A stretch of DNA of 64,000 nucleotides from Escherichia phage teqdroes. Location of the stretch: sequence record NC_054932.1; one strand, written 5' to 3'. The translations under genes and the position numbers were made by a program. Below, in pieces: positions 1-11,332 of the stretch. The first letter of the stretch is position 1. Each line of letters begins with the position of its first letter. A model generated the notes under the pieces. That model saw only the letters and a program-made list of their open reading frames with translations, searched no databases and was not told where the DNA came from.

Positions 1-299
1 AAACTTTGAACTGTACGTTGACTCATGGCACCAATAAGATATTTACTAACCCCTGATTTTCTTATCAGTTTTTGTGTGCCAGCAGTAATTAGCGTGGTAA
101 TTCCCTGATTAATATCACCTTGAGTCAATCCTAACCAATCTGAATTTAGGCCCAAGTTATTATAAGAAAAGTTGCTAATTGAACTTATCAACGAAGAGCT
201 TTTAGTTGATGGAGTTGTCGCAAAAACGCAGCTAAACATATTATTACGTTGGAAATCTGCGTTTATTGCTTGATTATTAAATTCCTCTAAAGAATACAT
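1..299 (-). CDS. 54: baseplate tail tube initiator gp54, N-terminal part (gene runs off the window start)
   Basis: Minus-strand ORF starts at ATG 299..297, overlapping the gp48 stop (TAATG), and stays open to position 1; translation begins MYSLEEFNNQAINADFQRNN; sits where gene 54 lies in T4. Confidence 0.6.
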   Translation of the reverse strand, partial: MYSLEEFNNQAINADFQRNNMFSCVFATTPSTKSSSLISSISNFSYNNLGLNSDWLGLTQGDINQGITTLITAGTQKLIRKSGVSKYLIGAMSQRTVQS

Positions 300-1393
300 T
301 AAAAAGTCCCCGCATATAAAGAAGCACGGTTTAACGTGATAATTTCTCTCATAGTAATCTCAAGAGTAAATGTACTAGGGAGGTTTGGAGCAATAGCTAA
401 TCCGTTAAAGTTACCATTAGGTGTTTTATCAAATCTGATACTCTGGATTTGACATGGACCGAATATTTCCGTTTTTCCATCAAACTTAGATGTTGCACCA
501 AAGTTTTTCACCATCCAAACTGTCGGGTTTGAAACTACTAGAACGTTAGTTAAACTCGATGTCATTTTCTCAAATAGTGTTTTATTTTTAGCTGCGTCTT
601 CCGGAGATAAAGGTTCAATTAACGTAGAACGATACCAATCATCTAAATATCCCTTTATTTCAGCAGCATATTGAGATTTACCCGTTTCACCATAAGAAAA
701 ATAGTTAAAATATTGATAGATATTAATAATAGCCATTAAATCTTCTGTTGAACGTGGAGTCAAATCCCATGTAAACACTTTAGTTCTATTTTCAGCACCA
801 CCATACATACTTCTGGCTGTCGTATAAATCTGTTCATTATTATCAGCCATTATACCTTGTGTTATACTTTCCAGCGCCCCAAATACTGCGGTTGAAGCAA
901 TATTACTTAGCACACCAGTAGCAGTACCTCCGCCTCTACTGATGAGGCTTTCTTGAACATCATTAAATCTATGTGATGATGTATCAACATCAGATTTAGA
1001 TCTCGGTAAAAGAATATTTGCGATAGGAGATTTACTTATTGTTCCTGAATTATTATTTGATATTAATCCATTTGATAGTTTTGATACTGTACTACTAATA
1101 GTGTTTCTAGCTGTACGTAAAATACTCGAAGATGAAGAAGAGTAGTTAGATCTCATCGATCTAAGACTTCCAGAATCCCTAGATGACATATTGTATGCAG
1201 TAAATAATAATCCATTCTTATATAGATCTGTTACCTGGAAGTCCCCTGTAGTGTCATTACCACTAGCACGCCCAGTTGGAAACTGGGCAGTGTATGTTTT
1301 AGTTCCTACTTCTGATTTAGTACTCTGTCCGGCTGAAATTTTCTCACCAGACTTTTTAATTAAATCAGCAGTTATTTCTTTAACAATTGCCAT
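299..1393 (-). CDS. 48: baseplate tail tube cap gp48
   Basis: 364-aa ORF, same length and position (between 29 and 54) as T4 gp48. Confidence 0.85.
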   Translation of the reverse strand: MAIVKEITADLIKKSGEKISAGQSTKSEVGTKTYTAQFPTGRASGNDTTGDFQVTDLYKNGLLFTAYNMSSRDSGSLRSMRSNYSSSSSSILRTARNTISSTVSKLSNGLISNNNSGTISKSPIANILLPRSKSDVDTSSHRFNDVQESLISRGGGTATGVLSNIASTAVFGALESITQGIMADNNEQIYTTARSMYGGAENRTKVFTWDLTPRSTEDLMAIINIYQYFNYFSYGETGKSQYAAEIKGYLDDWYRSTLIEPLSPEDAAKNKTLFEKMTSSLTNVLVVSNPTVWMVKNFGATSKFDGKTEIFGPCQIQSIRFDKTPNGNFNGLAIAPNLPSTFTLEITMREIITLNRASLYAGTF

Positions 1394-1401
1394 ATTATTC
1401 C

Positions 1402-3174
1402 TTAATTAACTCCAGTCGCATCAAATACACCAGGAGCAGTCGTGCTCGTTACGGGTGTCATATTATGAACGACAGTATTTTTCTTAATAACATTATTAGT
1501 ATTATTGATTGAAGGAGATGCTTGTTGAACAGGAGCTTGCTGTGCTTTGTTCTTTTCAATCACCTGGACTTGTTTCGCTTCTGGTGATTTAGCAGAAGTT
1601 TCAGGTTTGGCATTAGGCTGATTTTTCTTGAGCTCTTGATAAGTAGCATCAATTTTAGAAAATCTAGCAGCAAGTTCTTTTTTAACTGCCGGTGAATTAT
1701 TTAAATCCGGGTCATCCATCCGTTTTTTAAGGTCTTCATAGGCAGCTTCAACTGATTTAACCGTTGAGTCTTTACTCATATCAGCTGAATCAGCATATTT
1801 TTCAAAGCGAATCATTGCGGCACGGGCTTCATTAGCCTTCATTAAAGCATTTTTTCTTTCTTCAGGTGAAAGTTGCTTTAATTTTTCTTCTTCTGCCGCA
1901 CGCTCTTCGTCGGTAGTTAGTGCTTCTTTATTATCAACCCCACGAATCCAATTAGATGCACGAGTTTTCCAATTAGCAATTTTATCTAATCCTTTTGCTA
2001 TCGGACCAAGGTCTCCATTCATTCGTTTATCTTGATAATTTGCAACTTTTTCCTGGTCTTCTTTATTGAGAGATGCTCCAGTAGAATTTTGGAAATTTTC
2101 TAATGCTCTTCCTTCTACTTCATCAGCAGTATCCTTCATACCAGGAATGACTCGAAGAATTGCAGCAGATAATTTAGCCATACCTAATTGAATAAGTTCA
2201 CCTAAATTAAAAAGAACACTTCCGAGTCCTTCAACAATAGCTGCTGTCAATCCACCCCAATCTCCCGCTTCCCAAAGTTGTTTAATTTTATCAATAGAAT
2301 CAAAGATGCTCTGTAATAAAGGACCCCATGTTCCGGTTTCGCTAGAGAATTTAGTAAAGTCAGTATTAAATAAATCCCAGGCTTTTGAAAATTTATCTGA
2401 CCAATATTTAAAATGAACCATCAGCAAGTCTATTCCAATAACAACAGCCAATATCATTGCAGTCATTTTAGCAGCTTCAATAGCAGCACTGATGGTGTAC
2501 TTAAATAACATGCTTGATATTTTATCACTAATTGAAATGGATTTCTTAAATCCAAAATCAACTGTCTTTGTTAATTTATCTAAAGCTTGAGATAATTTTA
2601 AGTTAAATGCTTCTTTTTTCTGTTTTTCTTCTGGTGATTCTTGCTTTGGCTCAACTGGCTGAGGGGTAGGGAAAAAATCAGCGTCAGGATCATTATTAAC
2701 TGCTTCGGGAGCCGGTAATAAAGGACCCACAGATTCAGCAGTATCATCCTCAACGACTTTAACAGGAATAGCGCTTTCAACTGTAGCTAAACTAGTCCCA
2801 GTCTGTTGAATTCCAGCTGTCTGAATTTTTTGTTCTAATAAACTCGTTAATTTATCTAATTTGCTTCCGAGTGATTCACCGATTTCTTTATTAATATTGT
2901 TGCCAATTTCGACAGTTTCAGCAATTAACTCAGAACCGGCAGTAGTATCACTCACTGCGCTTTCTACGTTACCAATTGCTCCAACTATTTCATTCGATTT
3001 TTCTTCGACAGTTTGAGCTATTAATTCAGAAGCAGCTTGAGTATCATCCAATTTCGTAGATATATCATTAAGTCCAGATAAAGTGTTAGAAGCAGATTTA
3101 GCCGCTTCCTGTGTTGGTTTATTATCTGAAATAACTTTTCTACGCATCGTTTGCATTTCTTGTGGCTTTTTCAT
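1402..3174 (-). CDS. 29: baseplate hub / tail length determinator gp29
   Basis: 590-aa ORF, T4 gp29 length and position; long helical Ala/Glu/Lys-rich regions. Confidence 0.85.
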   Translation of the reverse strand: MKKPQEMQTMRRKVISDNKPTQEAAKSASNTLSGLNDISTKLDDTQAASELIAQTVEEKSNEIVGAIGNVESAVSDTTAGSELIAETVEIGNNINKEIGESLGSKLDKLTSLLEQKIQTAGIQQTGTSLATVESAIPVKVVEDDTAESVGPLLPAPEAVNNDPDADFFPTPQPVEPKQESPEEKQKKEAFNLKLSQALDKLTKTVDFGFKKSISISDKISSMLFKYTISAAIEAAKMTAMILAVVIGIDLLMVHFKYWSDKFSKAWDLFNTDFTKFSSETGTWGPLLQSIFDSIDKIKQLWEAGDWGGLTAAIVEGLGSVLFNLGELIQLGMAKLSAAILRVIPGMKDTADEVEGRALENFQNSTGASLNKEDQEKVANYQDKRMNGDLGPIAKGLDKIANWKTRASNWIRGVDNKEALTTDEERAAEEEKLKQLSPEERKNALMKANEARAAMIRFEKYADSADMSKDSTVKSVEAAYEDLKKRMDDPDLNNSPAVKKELAARFSKIDATYQELKKNQPNAKPETSAKSPEAKQVQVIEKNKAQQAPVQQASPSINNTNNVIKKNTVVHNMTPVTSTTAPGVFDATGVN

Positions 3175-3704
3175 TCAAATAATCCAATAATATTGCCAAT
3201 TCCAGTTATTGGACCATTAGGGCCAGGAATTGCTAAAGTTGTAAAAATATCATTTGCCCATTTTAAAACGAATGCTGGCATCTCAAGAAAATTAATTTCT
3301 TTAACTTCATCATTGACCTTAAGTAAGCATTTAGATAACATATCGCTCACCGTTAAAAATTGTTCAAATTTTCCAGGAGGTCTAAAATAAAATGTATTTC
3401 CTTGGTATTGAAATTCCAATCTTTGGCATACATAGACATCATTAATGTCATAAGTATAGCCATCTATTTCTTTACGAGATTTAATCTTTCCATTAAATTC
3501 CAATAAATGAATAGAAACGAAATCAACTTCTGCCGGTGATAAATTCGGACAAATAGAATCAATAAGAAGTTTTAAATTTTCATCAGGACCTTTAACATCC
3601 TTTAAAATGTTATAATGTTTAAGACCCATTTTAGGAATAGAAACTTCTTTATTGCTTATTGGAAGAACTACTTTCTTCAGTGGTAGTATCAGATTTAAAT
3701 TCAT
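3171..3704 (-). CDS. 28: baseplate hub distal subunit gp28
   Basis: 177-aa ORF between 27 and 29 as in T4; 5' end overlaps the 3' end of gp27. Confidence 0.8.
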   Translation of the reverse strand: MNLNLILPLKKVVLPISNKEVSIPKMGLKHYNILKDVKGPDENLKLLIDSICPNLSPAEVDFVSIHLLEFNGKIKSRKEIDGYTYDINDVYVCQRLEFQYQGNTFYFRPPGKFEQFLTVSDMLSKCLLKVNDEVKEINFLEMPAFVLKWANDIFTTLAIPGPNGPITGIGNIIGLFE

Positions 3705-4824
3705 TTTTAACCTTAACTGGGTCTATTGTTTCCAGTTTCGTTGCATTAGTGAACATATAAAGATGAGTTACTGAATTATTATTTGATAATTCATGGATAA
3801 CTTCATCAACGTAAAATTCTGTTTTAAATTGGTTTTTACTATCATTAAAAATAATTTTAACACCAGGAGTCAAGTTAAAATTACCGACAGTAGAACATTT
3901 AGCATAGCCGTCATATTGTGCCATAGTTTGAAGACGAATAGCTTCTTCATATCCATTCCTATAAGTCATTTCAGAATAAGCACCTGACCTTGACACTACA
4001 ATAGAGTTTTCGCCCTTTCCTGTAGTAATCATTGGCAGTGAAGAATCTAAAAATGAATGAGCATAGATAGTAGCATTTTTCATTGGGTCACGTTTGTGAG
4101 GATTCGATTTAGTCAACCAAACAAAATCATATGCTAATGGGTATTTTAATTCTTGGACAAATTGACCTATTAAAGATGGCTCACCGACAATCATTGGATA
4201 TGGTTCTTGATTTATCATCATATCATAGTCCATCATGTTAACTCCCATGATGTCTTGCCACACAAATACAAATTTGTCACTTCCCACAGCTAGAGCAACT
4301 TCTCTTACATATGACAAATAGTTTTCAAATGTGCTAGTCCATGGAATATCAGGAACATAAGCATTTATAGCATTTATTGCTGGAGTTAATAATGTGCGAT
4401 CTTGATAAATGACACCAAGCATTTCTTTTATAGATTCACCTGCATCAGGGAAAAATGGTCTACCAAATTTAAGATTTTCTATAGAATGAATAGTTCCCAA
4501 TTCAATAGCAATGATGTTATCGCCTTTTGAATCTACTGACACTGAAAAATGCTTACATCCATAAATTCGTGTTTTAACATTATTAATATCATTTGCATTA
4601 GCTACAGAAATCTGAATTATTTCATTTCCATCCATTTTTGTATGGATGTTTTTAGAATCATAAAACTGCAGCATTCCTTCATTTCGGCCATAAAGAGAAT
4701 CCCGCATAGTTAATGTAGTAATAGTAGCAGCTAATTCAACAAATCTATTATTACTCCAAGCGTCGTAGCTATCAAATAATTTAACGCTGAGATTTGGATA
4801 TCCGGGGCGTTGCAACATACTCAT
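3649..4824 (-). CDS. 27: baseplate hub subunit gp27
   Basis: 391-aa ORF, T4 gp27 length and synteny. Confidence 0.85.
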   Translation of the reverse strand: MSMLQRPGYPNLSVKLFDSYDAWSNNRFVELAATITTLTMRDSLYGRNEGMLQFYDSKNIHTKMDGNEIIQISVANANDINNVKTRIYGCKHFSVSVDSKGDNIIAIELGTIHSIENLKFGRPFFPDAGESIKEMLGVIYQDRTLLTPAINAINAYVPDIPWTSTFENYLSYVREVALAVGSDKFVFVWQDIMGVNMMDYDMMINQEPYPMIVGEPSLIGQFVQELKYPLAYDFVWLTKSNPHKRDPMKNATIYAHSFLDSSLPMITTGKGENSIVVSRSGAYSEMTYRNGYEEAIRLQTMAQYDGYAKCSTVGNFNLTPGVKIIFNDSKNQFKTEFYVDEVIHELSNNNSVTHLYMFTNATKLETIDPVKVKNEFKSDTTTEESSSSNKQ

Positions 4825-5573
4825 TATTGTTTATCCTTCTCAATCAGTTTTAATACGAATCCGCGCTCAGCAGGAATCATTTTCATTATTGAATTTAAGC
4901 TATAATTACTTTTTACGAGTGTGTGATTAATTTGATAAAAAGTAAATATCTCATCTGGGTTAACTAATAGCTTAAACACGTCTACTATATCAGTGTATTT
5001 TTTAATGTACTTATTACAGCATGACATATGTAGAGTTAAATTAATAGGATTCATTGCATCGAGAATTTGTTCTAATGTTTCTATCTCGATGGCGTCAACG
5101 AGTTCTATTTGACTAGACTCGCTAATTTCCTTCCAATCATACCAAATTTCATCTACTTGAACAGAATGAATATTTTCAGTAATCATCTTTGCTTTATTTT
5201 CATAAAACTCAGAAGGAAACTTTAATTTAATTTTAACATTAGCTACATCAAAAACAGGTTCCTTTAATTCTTTTTGGTATATTTCAAATGGAACTGTCTT
5301 TTCTTTTTTACATTTTGGACATACGAATGTGACTGGTACTTTTGTTTTACCTATTGACCCTACAAATACCTGCAAAAATATAAATGGTTGCCAAGTCTTC
5401 GGATAGTCTCCAAAATAATCATCAATTAAATCAGTAATTATTTCTTTTTGTTCTTGTGGTGACCGATGTTCTATATCGTTTCGAACTAACAAAAAATCTC
5501 GATAATCTTCTACCGTAAATGGTTTAAAACGATGAACACCATCTGGTAATTTACAACGAATAATGTTTGCCAT
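4824..5573 (-). CDS. 51: baseplate hub assembly catalyst gp51
   Basis: 249-aa ORF, T4 gp51 length and synteny; CxxC pairs present. Confidence 0.8.
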   Translation of the reverse strand: MANIIRCKLPDGVHRFKPFTVEDYRDFLLVRNDIEHRSPQEQKEIITDLIDDYFGDYPKTWQPFIFLQVFVGSIGKTKVPVTFVCPKCKKEKTVPFEIYQKELKEPVFDVANVKIKLKFPSEFYENKAKMITENIHSVQVDEIWYDWKEISESSQIELVDAIEIETLEQILDAMNPINLTLHMSCCNKYIKKYTDIVDVFKLLVNPDEIFTFYQINHTLVKSNYSLNSIMKMIPAERGFVLKLIEKDKQ

Positions 5574-5624
5574 AGATGCTCCTTTTATTCTATTTATAAA
5601 TATGATAAATAAAGGAGCTAAAAT

Positions 5625-6251
5625 ATGTATGAATACAAATTTGATGTGAGAGTTGGTTCTAAAATAATCAATTGTCGCGCATTCACGCTTAAAGAATATC
5701 TAGAACTTATTACTGCCAAAAATAATGGTTCTGTAGAAGTAATTGTTAAAAAGCTAATCAAAGACTGCACAAATGCAAAAGATTTAAACCGCCAAGAATC
5801 AGAACTATTGTTGATTCATTTATGGGCACATTCTCTCGGTGAAGTTAATCACGAAAACTCCTGGAAGTGCACCTGTGGAACTGAAATATCAACCCATATA
5901 AATCTATTACATACACAAATAGATGCACCAGAAGACCTCTGGTATACACTGGGTGACATTAAAATTAAATTCCGATACCCTAAAATTTTTGATGATAAAA
6001 ATATAGCCCACATGATAGTATCATGTATAGAAACGATTCACGCTAACGGGGAAAGCATTCCAGTTGAAGACTTAAATGAAAAAGAGCTGGAAGATTTATA
6101 TTCTATCATCACAGAGTCAGATATTGTAGCTATAAAAGATATGCTTTTAAAGCCTACTGTTTATTTGGCTGTTCCAATTAAGTGTCCAGAGTGTGGAAAA
6201 ACCCATGCTCACGTAATAAGAGGCCTCAAAGAGTTCTTTGAGTTACTATAA
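5625..6251 (+). CDS. 26: baseplate hub subunit gp26
   Basis: 208-aa ORF divergent from gene 51, as in T4. Confidence 0.8.
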   Translation: MYEYKFDVRVGSKIINCRAFTLKEYLELITAKNNGSVEVIVKKLIKDCTNAKDLNRQESELLLIHLWAHSLGEVNHENSWKCTCGTEISTHINLLHTQIDAPEDLWYTLGDIKIKFRYPKIFDDKNIAHMIVSCIETIHANGESIPVEDLNEKELEDLYSIITESDIVAIKDMLLKPTVYLAVPIKCPECGKTHAHVIRGLKEFFELL

Positions 6252-6649
6252 TGTCAAATATTAATAAGCTTTATTCTGACATTGACCCGGAAATGAAAAT
6301 GGATTGGAACAAAGACGTTTCAAGATCACTTGGATTAAGGTCAATTAAAAATAGTCTTTTAGGAATTATTACAACAAGAAAAGGTTCAAGACCGTTTGAC
6401 CCTGAATTTGGATGTGATTTATCTGACCAACTTTTTGAGAATATGACTCCTCTTACTGCTGACACAGTTGAGCGTAATATCGAAAGCGCAGTAAGAAACT
6501 ATGAGCCACGTATTGATAAATTAGCAGTTAATGTAATACCGGTTTATGATGATTATACTTTGATAGTAGAAATACGCTTTTCGGTCATTGATAACCCTGA
6601 TGACATTGAGCAGATAAAACTACAACTGGCTTCCAGTAATAGAGTATAA
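6251..6649 (+). CDS. 25: baseplate wedge / sheath initiator gp25
   Basis: 132-aa ORF; start overlaps the gp26 stop; T4 gp25 length and position. Confidence 0.85.
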   Translation: MSNINKLYSDIDPEMKMDWNKDVSRSLGLRSIKNSLLGIITTRKGSRPFDPEFGCDLSDQLFENMTPLTADTVERNIESAVRNYEPRIDKLAVNVIPVYDDYTLIVEIRFSVIDNPDDIEQIKLQLASSNRV

Positions 6650-6676
6650 TGCTTCACGTATAAACGTGGTATAATG
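6646..6676 (+). promoter_or_regulatory. MotA-dependent middle-type promoter upstream of uvsY (MotA box TGCTTCA about 13 bp before a TATAAT -10)
   Basis: Sequence aaTGCTTCAcgtataaacgtggTATAATg read directly; spacing fits T4 middle promoters. Confidence 0.5.
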
Positions 6677-6715
6677 AATCTAAGTCCATCCAATAACAAT
6701 TGAATAGAGAACAAT

Positions 6716-7129
6716 ATGAGATTAGAAGATCTTCAAGAAGAATTGAAGAAAGATGTGTTTATAGATTCGACTAAATTACAGTATGAAGCAGCTAATAATG
6801 TGATGTTATATAGTAAATGGCTTAATAAGCATTCAAGTATTAAAAAGGAAATGCTTAGAATTGATGCACAGAAAAAAGTTGCTCTTAAAGCTAAATTAGA
6901 CTACTACTCGGGACGAGGAGATGGTGATGAATTTAGTATGGATCGTTACGAGAAATCAGAAATGAAGACAGTTCTATCAGCTGATAAGGATGTTTTAAAG
7001 GTTGATACCTCGTTACAGTATTGGGGGATTTTATTAGATTTCTGTAGCGGAGCTCTTGATGCTATCAAATCACGCGGATTTGCTATTAAGCATATTCAAG
7101 ACATGCGAGCATTTGAGGCTGGAAAATAA
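6716..7129 (+). CDS. uvsY: recombination mediator protein UvsY
   Basis: 137-aa ORF, T4 UvsY length and position after gene 25. Confidence 0.85.
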   Translation: MRLEDLQEELKKDVFIDSTKLQYEAANNVMLYSKWLNKHSSIKKEMLRIDAQKKVALKAKLDYYSGRGDGDEFSMDRYEKSEMKTVLSADKDVLKVDTSLQYWGILLDFCSGALDAIKSRGFAIKHIQDMRAFEAGK

Positions 7130-7353
7130 TGAGATATAGCATTGATGATGCTTTTAATTATGAAGAAGAATTTGAAACGGAAATTCAATTCTTAATGAAA
7201 AAGCATAATCTTAAGCGTCAGGATATTCGTATCCTGGCCGACCATCCATGCGGTGAAGATGTCCTTTATATTAAAGGAAAATTTGCCGGATATCTTGATG
7301 AATATTTTTATTCTAAAGATATGGGCATTGATATGCATATGAGAGTTGTATAA
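7129..7353 (+). CDS. hypothetical protein (uvsY.-1 position)
   Basis: 74-aa ORF whose start overlaps the uvsY stop. Confidence 0.6.
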   Translation: MRYSIDDAFNYEEEFETEIQFLMKKHNLKRQDIRILADHPCGEDVLYIKGKFAGYLDEYFYSKDMGIDMHMRVV

Positions 7354-7356
7354 ATA
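7349..7356 (+). promoter_or_regulatory. late promoter core TATAAATA
   Basis: Exact TATAAATA about 25 nt upstream of the small ORF at 7382. Confidence 0.45.
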
Positions 7357-7381
7357 GATATATAATTCAGAGGAGACAATC

Positions 7382-7549
7382 ATGTCAGATAAGATTTGTG
7401 TTGTCTGTAAAACTCCAATCGATTCTGCATTGGTTGTTGAAACAGACAAAGGTCCTGTACATCCTGGGCCTTGCTATAATTACATTAAAGAACTACCAGT
7501 TTCAGAAAGTTCGGAAGAACAATTAAATGAAACACAACTTTTGCTATAG
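7382..7549 (+). CDS. small Cys-containing protein, 55 aa (uvsY.-2 position); not in the supplied ORF track
   Basis: ATG preceded by GAGGAG; translation MSDKICVVCKTP...GPCYNY...; below the track's 60-aa cutoff. Confidence 0.5.
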   Translation: MSDKICVVCKTPIDSALVVETDKGPVHPGPCYNYIKELPVSESSEEQLNETQLLL

Positions 7550-7572
7550 TGTGACCTTTAGTCTATAGTTTT

Positions 7573-7601
7573 GGCCCTTCCTTTTTGGTTGGGCCTTTTT
7601 T
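7573..7601. terminator. hairpin GGCCC...GGGCC followed by a T-run, between convergent uvsY.-2 and uvsW.1
   Basis: Inverted repeat plus TTTTTT read from sequence. Confidence 0.55.
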
Positions 7602-7604
7602 AAT

Positions 7605-7847
7605 TTAAAAGCTTTCTTCTACTTCATCGTCTGAATCTTCTAATTCAGCTCTTTTTCCTGCCAAAGCATCTCTCACAGAGATGTCATCAGTATCTTTTAA
7701 TTCAGTTTCTTTGACTCTTTTCTTATAATAAGCTTCAAGTTCTTCTAAACCTTCTAATGTTTGACAAGAGGCAATTTTACCCATAAATTCATCAATAGAA
7801 GCTTCATAAAGAAATTGTTTAAATTCTAGTAACATCTTTTTCTCCAA
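7605..7847 (-). CDS. uvsW.1: UvsW.1 small acidic protein
   Basis: 80-aa ORF immediately downstream of uvsW on the same strand. Confidence 0.7.
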   Translation of the reverse strand: MEKKMLLEFKQFLYEASIDEFMGKIASCQTLEGLEELEAYYKKRVKETELKDTDDISVRDALAGKRAELEDSDDEVEESF

Positions 7848-7860
7848 AGGGCCGAAGCCC

Positions 7861-9372
7861 TTATAAATTAACTGTTTTCATTACGTAATTAAATTTTTCA
7901 TCTGCGTAGCGCTGAATACGATCAATGCCGTGTTTTAAAAGATAGTTCAAATGAACATATTTCTTTTTAGTATTAGCAGATTTTGGCTTAACACCACAAT
8001 CATCTATGAGGTCCCAGACTGTTGCTATTGTCTTAGAACCATGCTTACGTAATACACGACCGATTGTTTGTAATACAATGATTTTTGATTTAACACCGTG
8101 CGCTAAAACAACGTGATGCAGATTTTTAACTGAAATACCAGTAGAAAATACACCATAACTAGCTACTATAATTATTCCTTTACCATTTTCAGCTAAGGTT
8201 TTCATTATATTGCGGGTTTCGGTATCAACTTCCCCTGATACGTAATAAACTTTATCGTATTCATTTTTAATTAAATCGAAAATAGCTTTACCATGTGATA
8301 CATGTTTAAACATGACAAAAGCGTTTTCATCTTTTTGCGCAAGCTTAATAGCTAATTTAGCGATCCATTTATTTCTTTTACTAAGCCCAGTAATAATTTT
8401 TATTTCTTCTTGATAAGTTTTTCCCTTTAATTTAGTAGTGAACTCATCTGGATAGCGAAGAAAAATACTATTAATTTTTAGCTCAGTTACTTGTCCATCT
8501 TCCATTAATTTAGAAGTCGTTACTGGCTTAAATATTTCACCAAACATTCCAACATACTGCATGATATTAGCTTTGCCATCACGTAATGAACCTGATAGAC
8601 CAAATTTAAACATACAGTTATTTAATCCTGATATGATAGATGAAATACTTTTTCCTGTAGCAAGATGGCATTCATCATTCATCATCATTCCAAACTGTGA
8701 GAACCATTCTTTTGGTTGTTTTACTACAGTTTGCCATGTACCAACAACGACTGGTGCATCATTTTTATATTTATCATCTTTTGATGCTCCGCCACCAATT
8801 TTCTTTATCATTGCATGGCTGAATAAACGATAGTCAACGAAGTCATCAGCCATCTGAGTTGTCAGAGCAGTTGTTGGAACAATGATAAGAATTTTACCTT
8901 CATAATTTTCCAAATAATACCGAGCAAGCAAAGCTTGAATTAACGATTTACCAGCGGATGTTGGAAGATTAAGAATTCTACGACGATTAACTAATCCTTC
9001 GAACACTGCATCTTTTTGATACCAGTGTGGTTCAATTCTTTTATTTCCTGAATAGATTTCTAATTTAGAAAGCCATTCATCAAAATCTTTTCTTGATAAT
9101 TCTTCTTTTTCGTTAATTTGTGGGTCAATCCAGGCTTTATAGCCAAAGTTATCACAGAACTTTTTAATTTGCCCGACTAAGCCAAATGGAAGAAGACGAT
9201 TATAATCTAAAAGACGGATTCGTCCATCCCAGTGGCCATATTTGTATTTCGGATTAAAACGATACCCATCAGCTTCAAAGCTAAAGAAATCACGGAGTTC
9301 ATGAAATGTACTTTCTTCACAATCAATTCTCACGTGACTAAAATCATAAAAATGTACTTTAATGTCAGTCAT
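7861..9372 (-). CDS. uvsW: ATP-dependent SF2 helicase UvsW
   Basis: 503-aa ORF; Walker A-like LPTSAGKS, DEAH-like MMNDECH; T4 UvsW length and position. Confidence 0.85.
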   Translation of the reverse strand: MTDIKVHFYDFSHVRIDCEESTFHELRDFFSFEADGYRFNPKYKYGHWDGRIRLLDYNRLLPFGLVGQIKKFCDNFGYKAWIDPQINEKEELSRKDFDEWLSKLEIYSGNKRIEPHWYQKDAVFEGLVNRRRILNLPTSAGKSLIQALLARYYLENYEGKILIIVPTTALTTQMADDFVDYRLFSHAMIKKIGGGASKDDKYKNDAPVVVGTWQTVVKQPKEWFSQFGMMMNDECHLATGKSISSIISGLNNCMFKFGLSGSLRDGKANIMQYVGMFGEIFKPVTTSKLMEDGQVTELKINSIFLRYPDEFTTKLKGKTYQEEIKIITGLSKRNKWIAKLAIKLAQKDENAFVMFKHVSHGKAIFDLIKNEYDKVYYVSGEVDTETRNIMKTLAENGKGIIIVASYGVFSTGISVKNLHHVVLAHGVKSKIIVLQTIGRVLRKHGSKTIATVWDLIDDCGVKPKSANTKKKYVHLNYLLKHGIDRIQRYADEKFNYVMKTVNL

Positions 9373-9422
9373 GTCTAAATACCATGTAATAAATATATCT
9401 ATATTTATACTGAGGAAATATT

Positions 9423-10103
9423 ATGATAGATAAAGATTATATTGCAGAGCTGAAGGCTCTTGATGATAATAAAGAAGCTAAAGCTAAACTAGCTGAATAT
9501 GCTGAACAGTTTGGTATAAAGGTCAAAAAGAATAAATCTTTTGATAATATCGTTGTTGATATTGAAGAAGCCCTCCAGAAGCTCGCTAGTGAACCTATGC
9601 CAGAGACTGATGGGTTATCTATTAAAGACTTAATTGATGCTGCTGATGCCGCAGAGGGATTAAAATATGACGATGAAGAAGTCAATCCAGAAGCAGCACT
9701 TCTGATTGATTCTCCAGTTAAATCTGACATTAAAATTGAAGTAGTAGAAACGGATAAAATTCCTGAAAATACCGATGTTTTGATTGAAGATACTCCTTTT
9801 GTTGAAGAAAAATTCGAACAAGCTGTAGCTGAGATTATTGAATCTGAAAAGCCGTCTGTATTTACTCTTCCGGAAAACTTTAGCCCGAATCTTCAGTTGA
9901 TTGGAAAAAATCCAGGATTCTGCACTGTTCCTTGGTGGATTTATCAATGGATTGCTGAAACTCCGGATTGGAAATCTCACCCAACAAGTTTTGAGCATGC
10001 GTCAGCACACCAAACTTTATTTAGCTTAATTTATTACATTAACCGTGACGGATCAGTTTTAATTCGTGAAACACGCAATTCTTCTTTCGTAACATTAAAA
10101 TAA
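9423..10103 (+). CDS. inh: Inh, inhibitor of prohead protease gp21
   Basis: 226-aa ORF next to hoc, as in T4. Confidence 0.75.
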   Translation: MIDKDYIAELKALDDNKEAKAKLAEYAEQFGIKVKKNKSFDNIVVDIEEALQKLASEPMPETDGLSIKDLIDAADAAEGLKYDDEEVNPEAALLIDSPVKSDIKIEVVETDKIPENTDVLIEDTPFVEEKFEQAVAEIIESEKPSVFTLPENFSPNLQLIGKNPGFCTVPWWIYQWIAETPDWKSHPTSFEHASAHQTLFSLIYYINRDGSVLIRETRNSSFVTLK

Positions 10104-10112
10104 GGATAACTT

Positions 10113-11243
10113 ATGGCTTTTACAGTTGATATAACTCCTAAAACACCTACTGGAGTTATAGATCAGACTCAGCAGTTTACTGCTACACCCAGTGGTGAAA
10201 CTGGAGGTGGAACTATTACCTATGCTTGGACTGTAGATGATTTTCCACAAGATGGAGCTGAAGCAACTTTTAATTATGTATTAAAAGGACCTGCCGGTCA
10301 AAAGACTATTAAAGTAGTTGCAACAAATACAGTTCCAGAAGCTGAAGCTGAAACAGCAGAAGCTACTACAACTATCACAGTTCAAAATAAGACACAGACA
10401 ACTACCTTGGCAGTAACTCCTGATAGTCCTGCTGCTGGAGTGATTGGAACAGCTGTTGAATTTACCGCTGCCTTAGCTTCGCAGCCACCAGGTGCATCTG
10501 CTACGTATCAATGGCACGTTGACGGTTCTCCTGTGGGCGAAGCAACTTCTGCTACATTCAATTACACTCCTACCACAAGCGGAGTTAAAACAATTAAGTG
10601 TGTGGCTCAAGTAACCGCGACAGATTATGATGCAAAAGAAGTTACTTCTAATGAAGTGTCGCTGACTGTTAATAAAAAGACAATGAATCCACAGGTTACA
10701 TTGACTCCTCCTTCTATTAACGTTCAGCAAGATGCTTCGGCTACATTTACTGCTAATGTCACTGATGCTCCAGAAGAAGCGCAAATTGAATATTCATGGA
10801 AGAAAGATTCTTCTCCTGTAGAAGGATCAACTAATGTATATACAGTTGATACCTCATCTATTGGAAGTCAAACTATTGAAGTTACTGCAACTGTTACTGC
10901 TGCTGATTATGATAGCAAAACTATTACGGCGGAAGGTCAAGTTCAAGTGACTGATAAAGTTGCTCCAGAACCAGAAGGTGAATTACCTTATGTTCATCCT
11001 CTTCCACATCGTACTTCAGCTTACATCTGGTGCGGTTGGTGGGTTATGGATGAAATCCAAAAAATGACTGAAGAAGGTAAAGATTGGAAAACTGAAGATC
11101 CAGATAGTAAATACTACCTGCATCGTTACACTCTTCAGAAGATGATGAAAGACTATCCAGAAGTTGATGTCCAAGAATCGCGTAATGGATACATCATTCA
11201 TAAAACTGCTTTAGAAACTGGTATCATCTATACCTATCCATAA
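10113..11243 (+). CDS. hoc: highly immunogenic outer capsid protein Hoc
   Basis: 376-aa ORF with tandem Thr/Val-rich Ig-like repeats (recurring ATxTVTAxDYDxK); T4 Hoc length. Confidence 0.85.
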   Translation: MAFTVDITPKTPTGVIDQTQQFTATPSGETGGGTITYAWTVDDFPQDGAEATFNYVLKGPAGQKTIKVVATNTVPEAEAETAEATTTITVQNKTQTTTLAVTPDSPAAGVIGTAVEFTAALASQPPGASATYQWHVDGSPVGEATSATFNYTPTTSGVKTIKCVAQVTATDYDAKEVTSNEVSLTVNKKTMNPQVTLTPPSINVQQDASATFTANVTDAPEEAQIEYSWKKDSSPVEGSTNVYTVDTSSIGSQTIEVTATVTAADYDSKTITAEGQVQVTDKVAPEPEGELPYVHPLPHRTSAYIWCGWWVMDEIQKMTEEGKDWKTEDPDSKYYLHRYTLQKMMKDYPEVDVQESRNGYIIHKTALETGIIYTYP

Positions 11244-11249
11244 TCATAA

Positions 11250-11275
11250 GGGGCTTCGGCCCCTTTCTTCATTTT
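11250..11275 (+). terminator. hairpin GGGGC-UUCG-GCCCC followed by a T-rich tract, after hoc
   Basis: Read from sequence. Confidence 0.55.
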
Positions 11276-11332
11276 GAAAGCACACAAAACACAATCAGAA
11301 AATGATGTATATAATGGCACCAACTCGATAAC

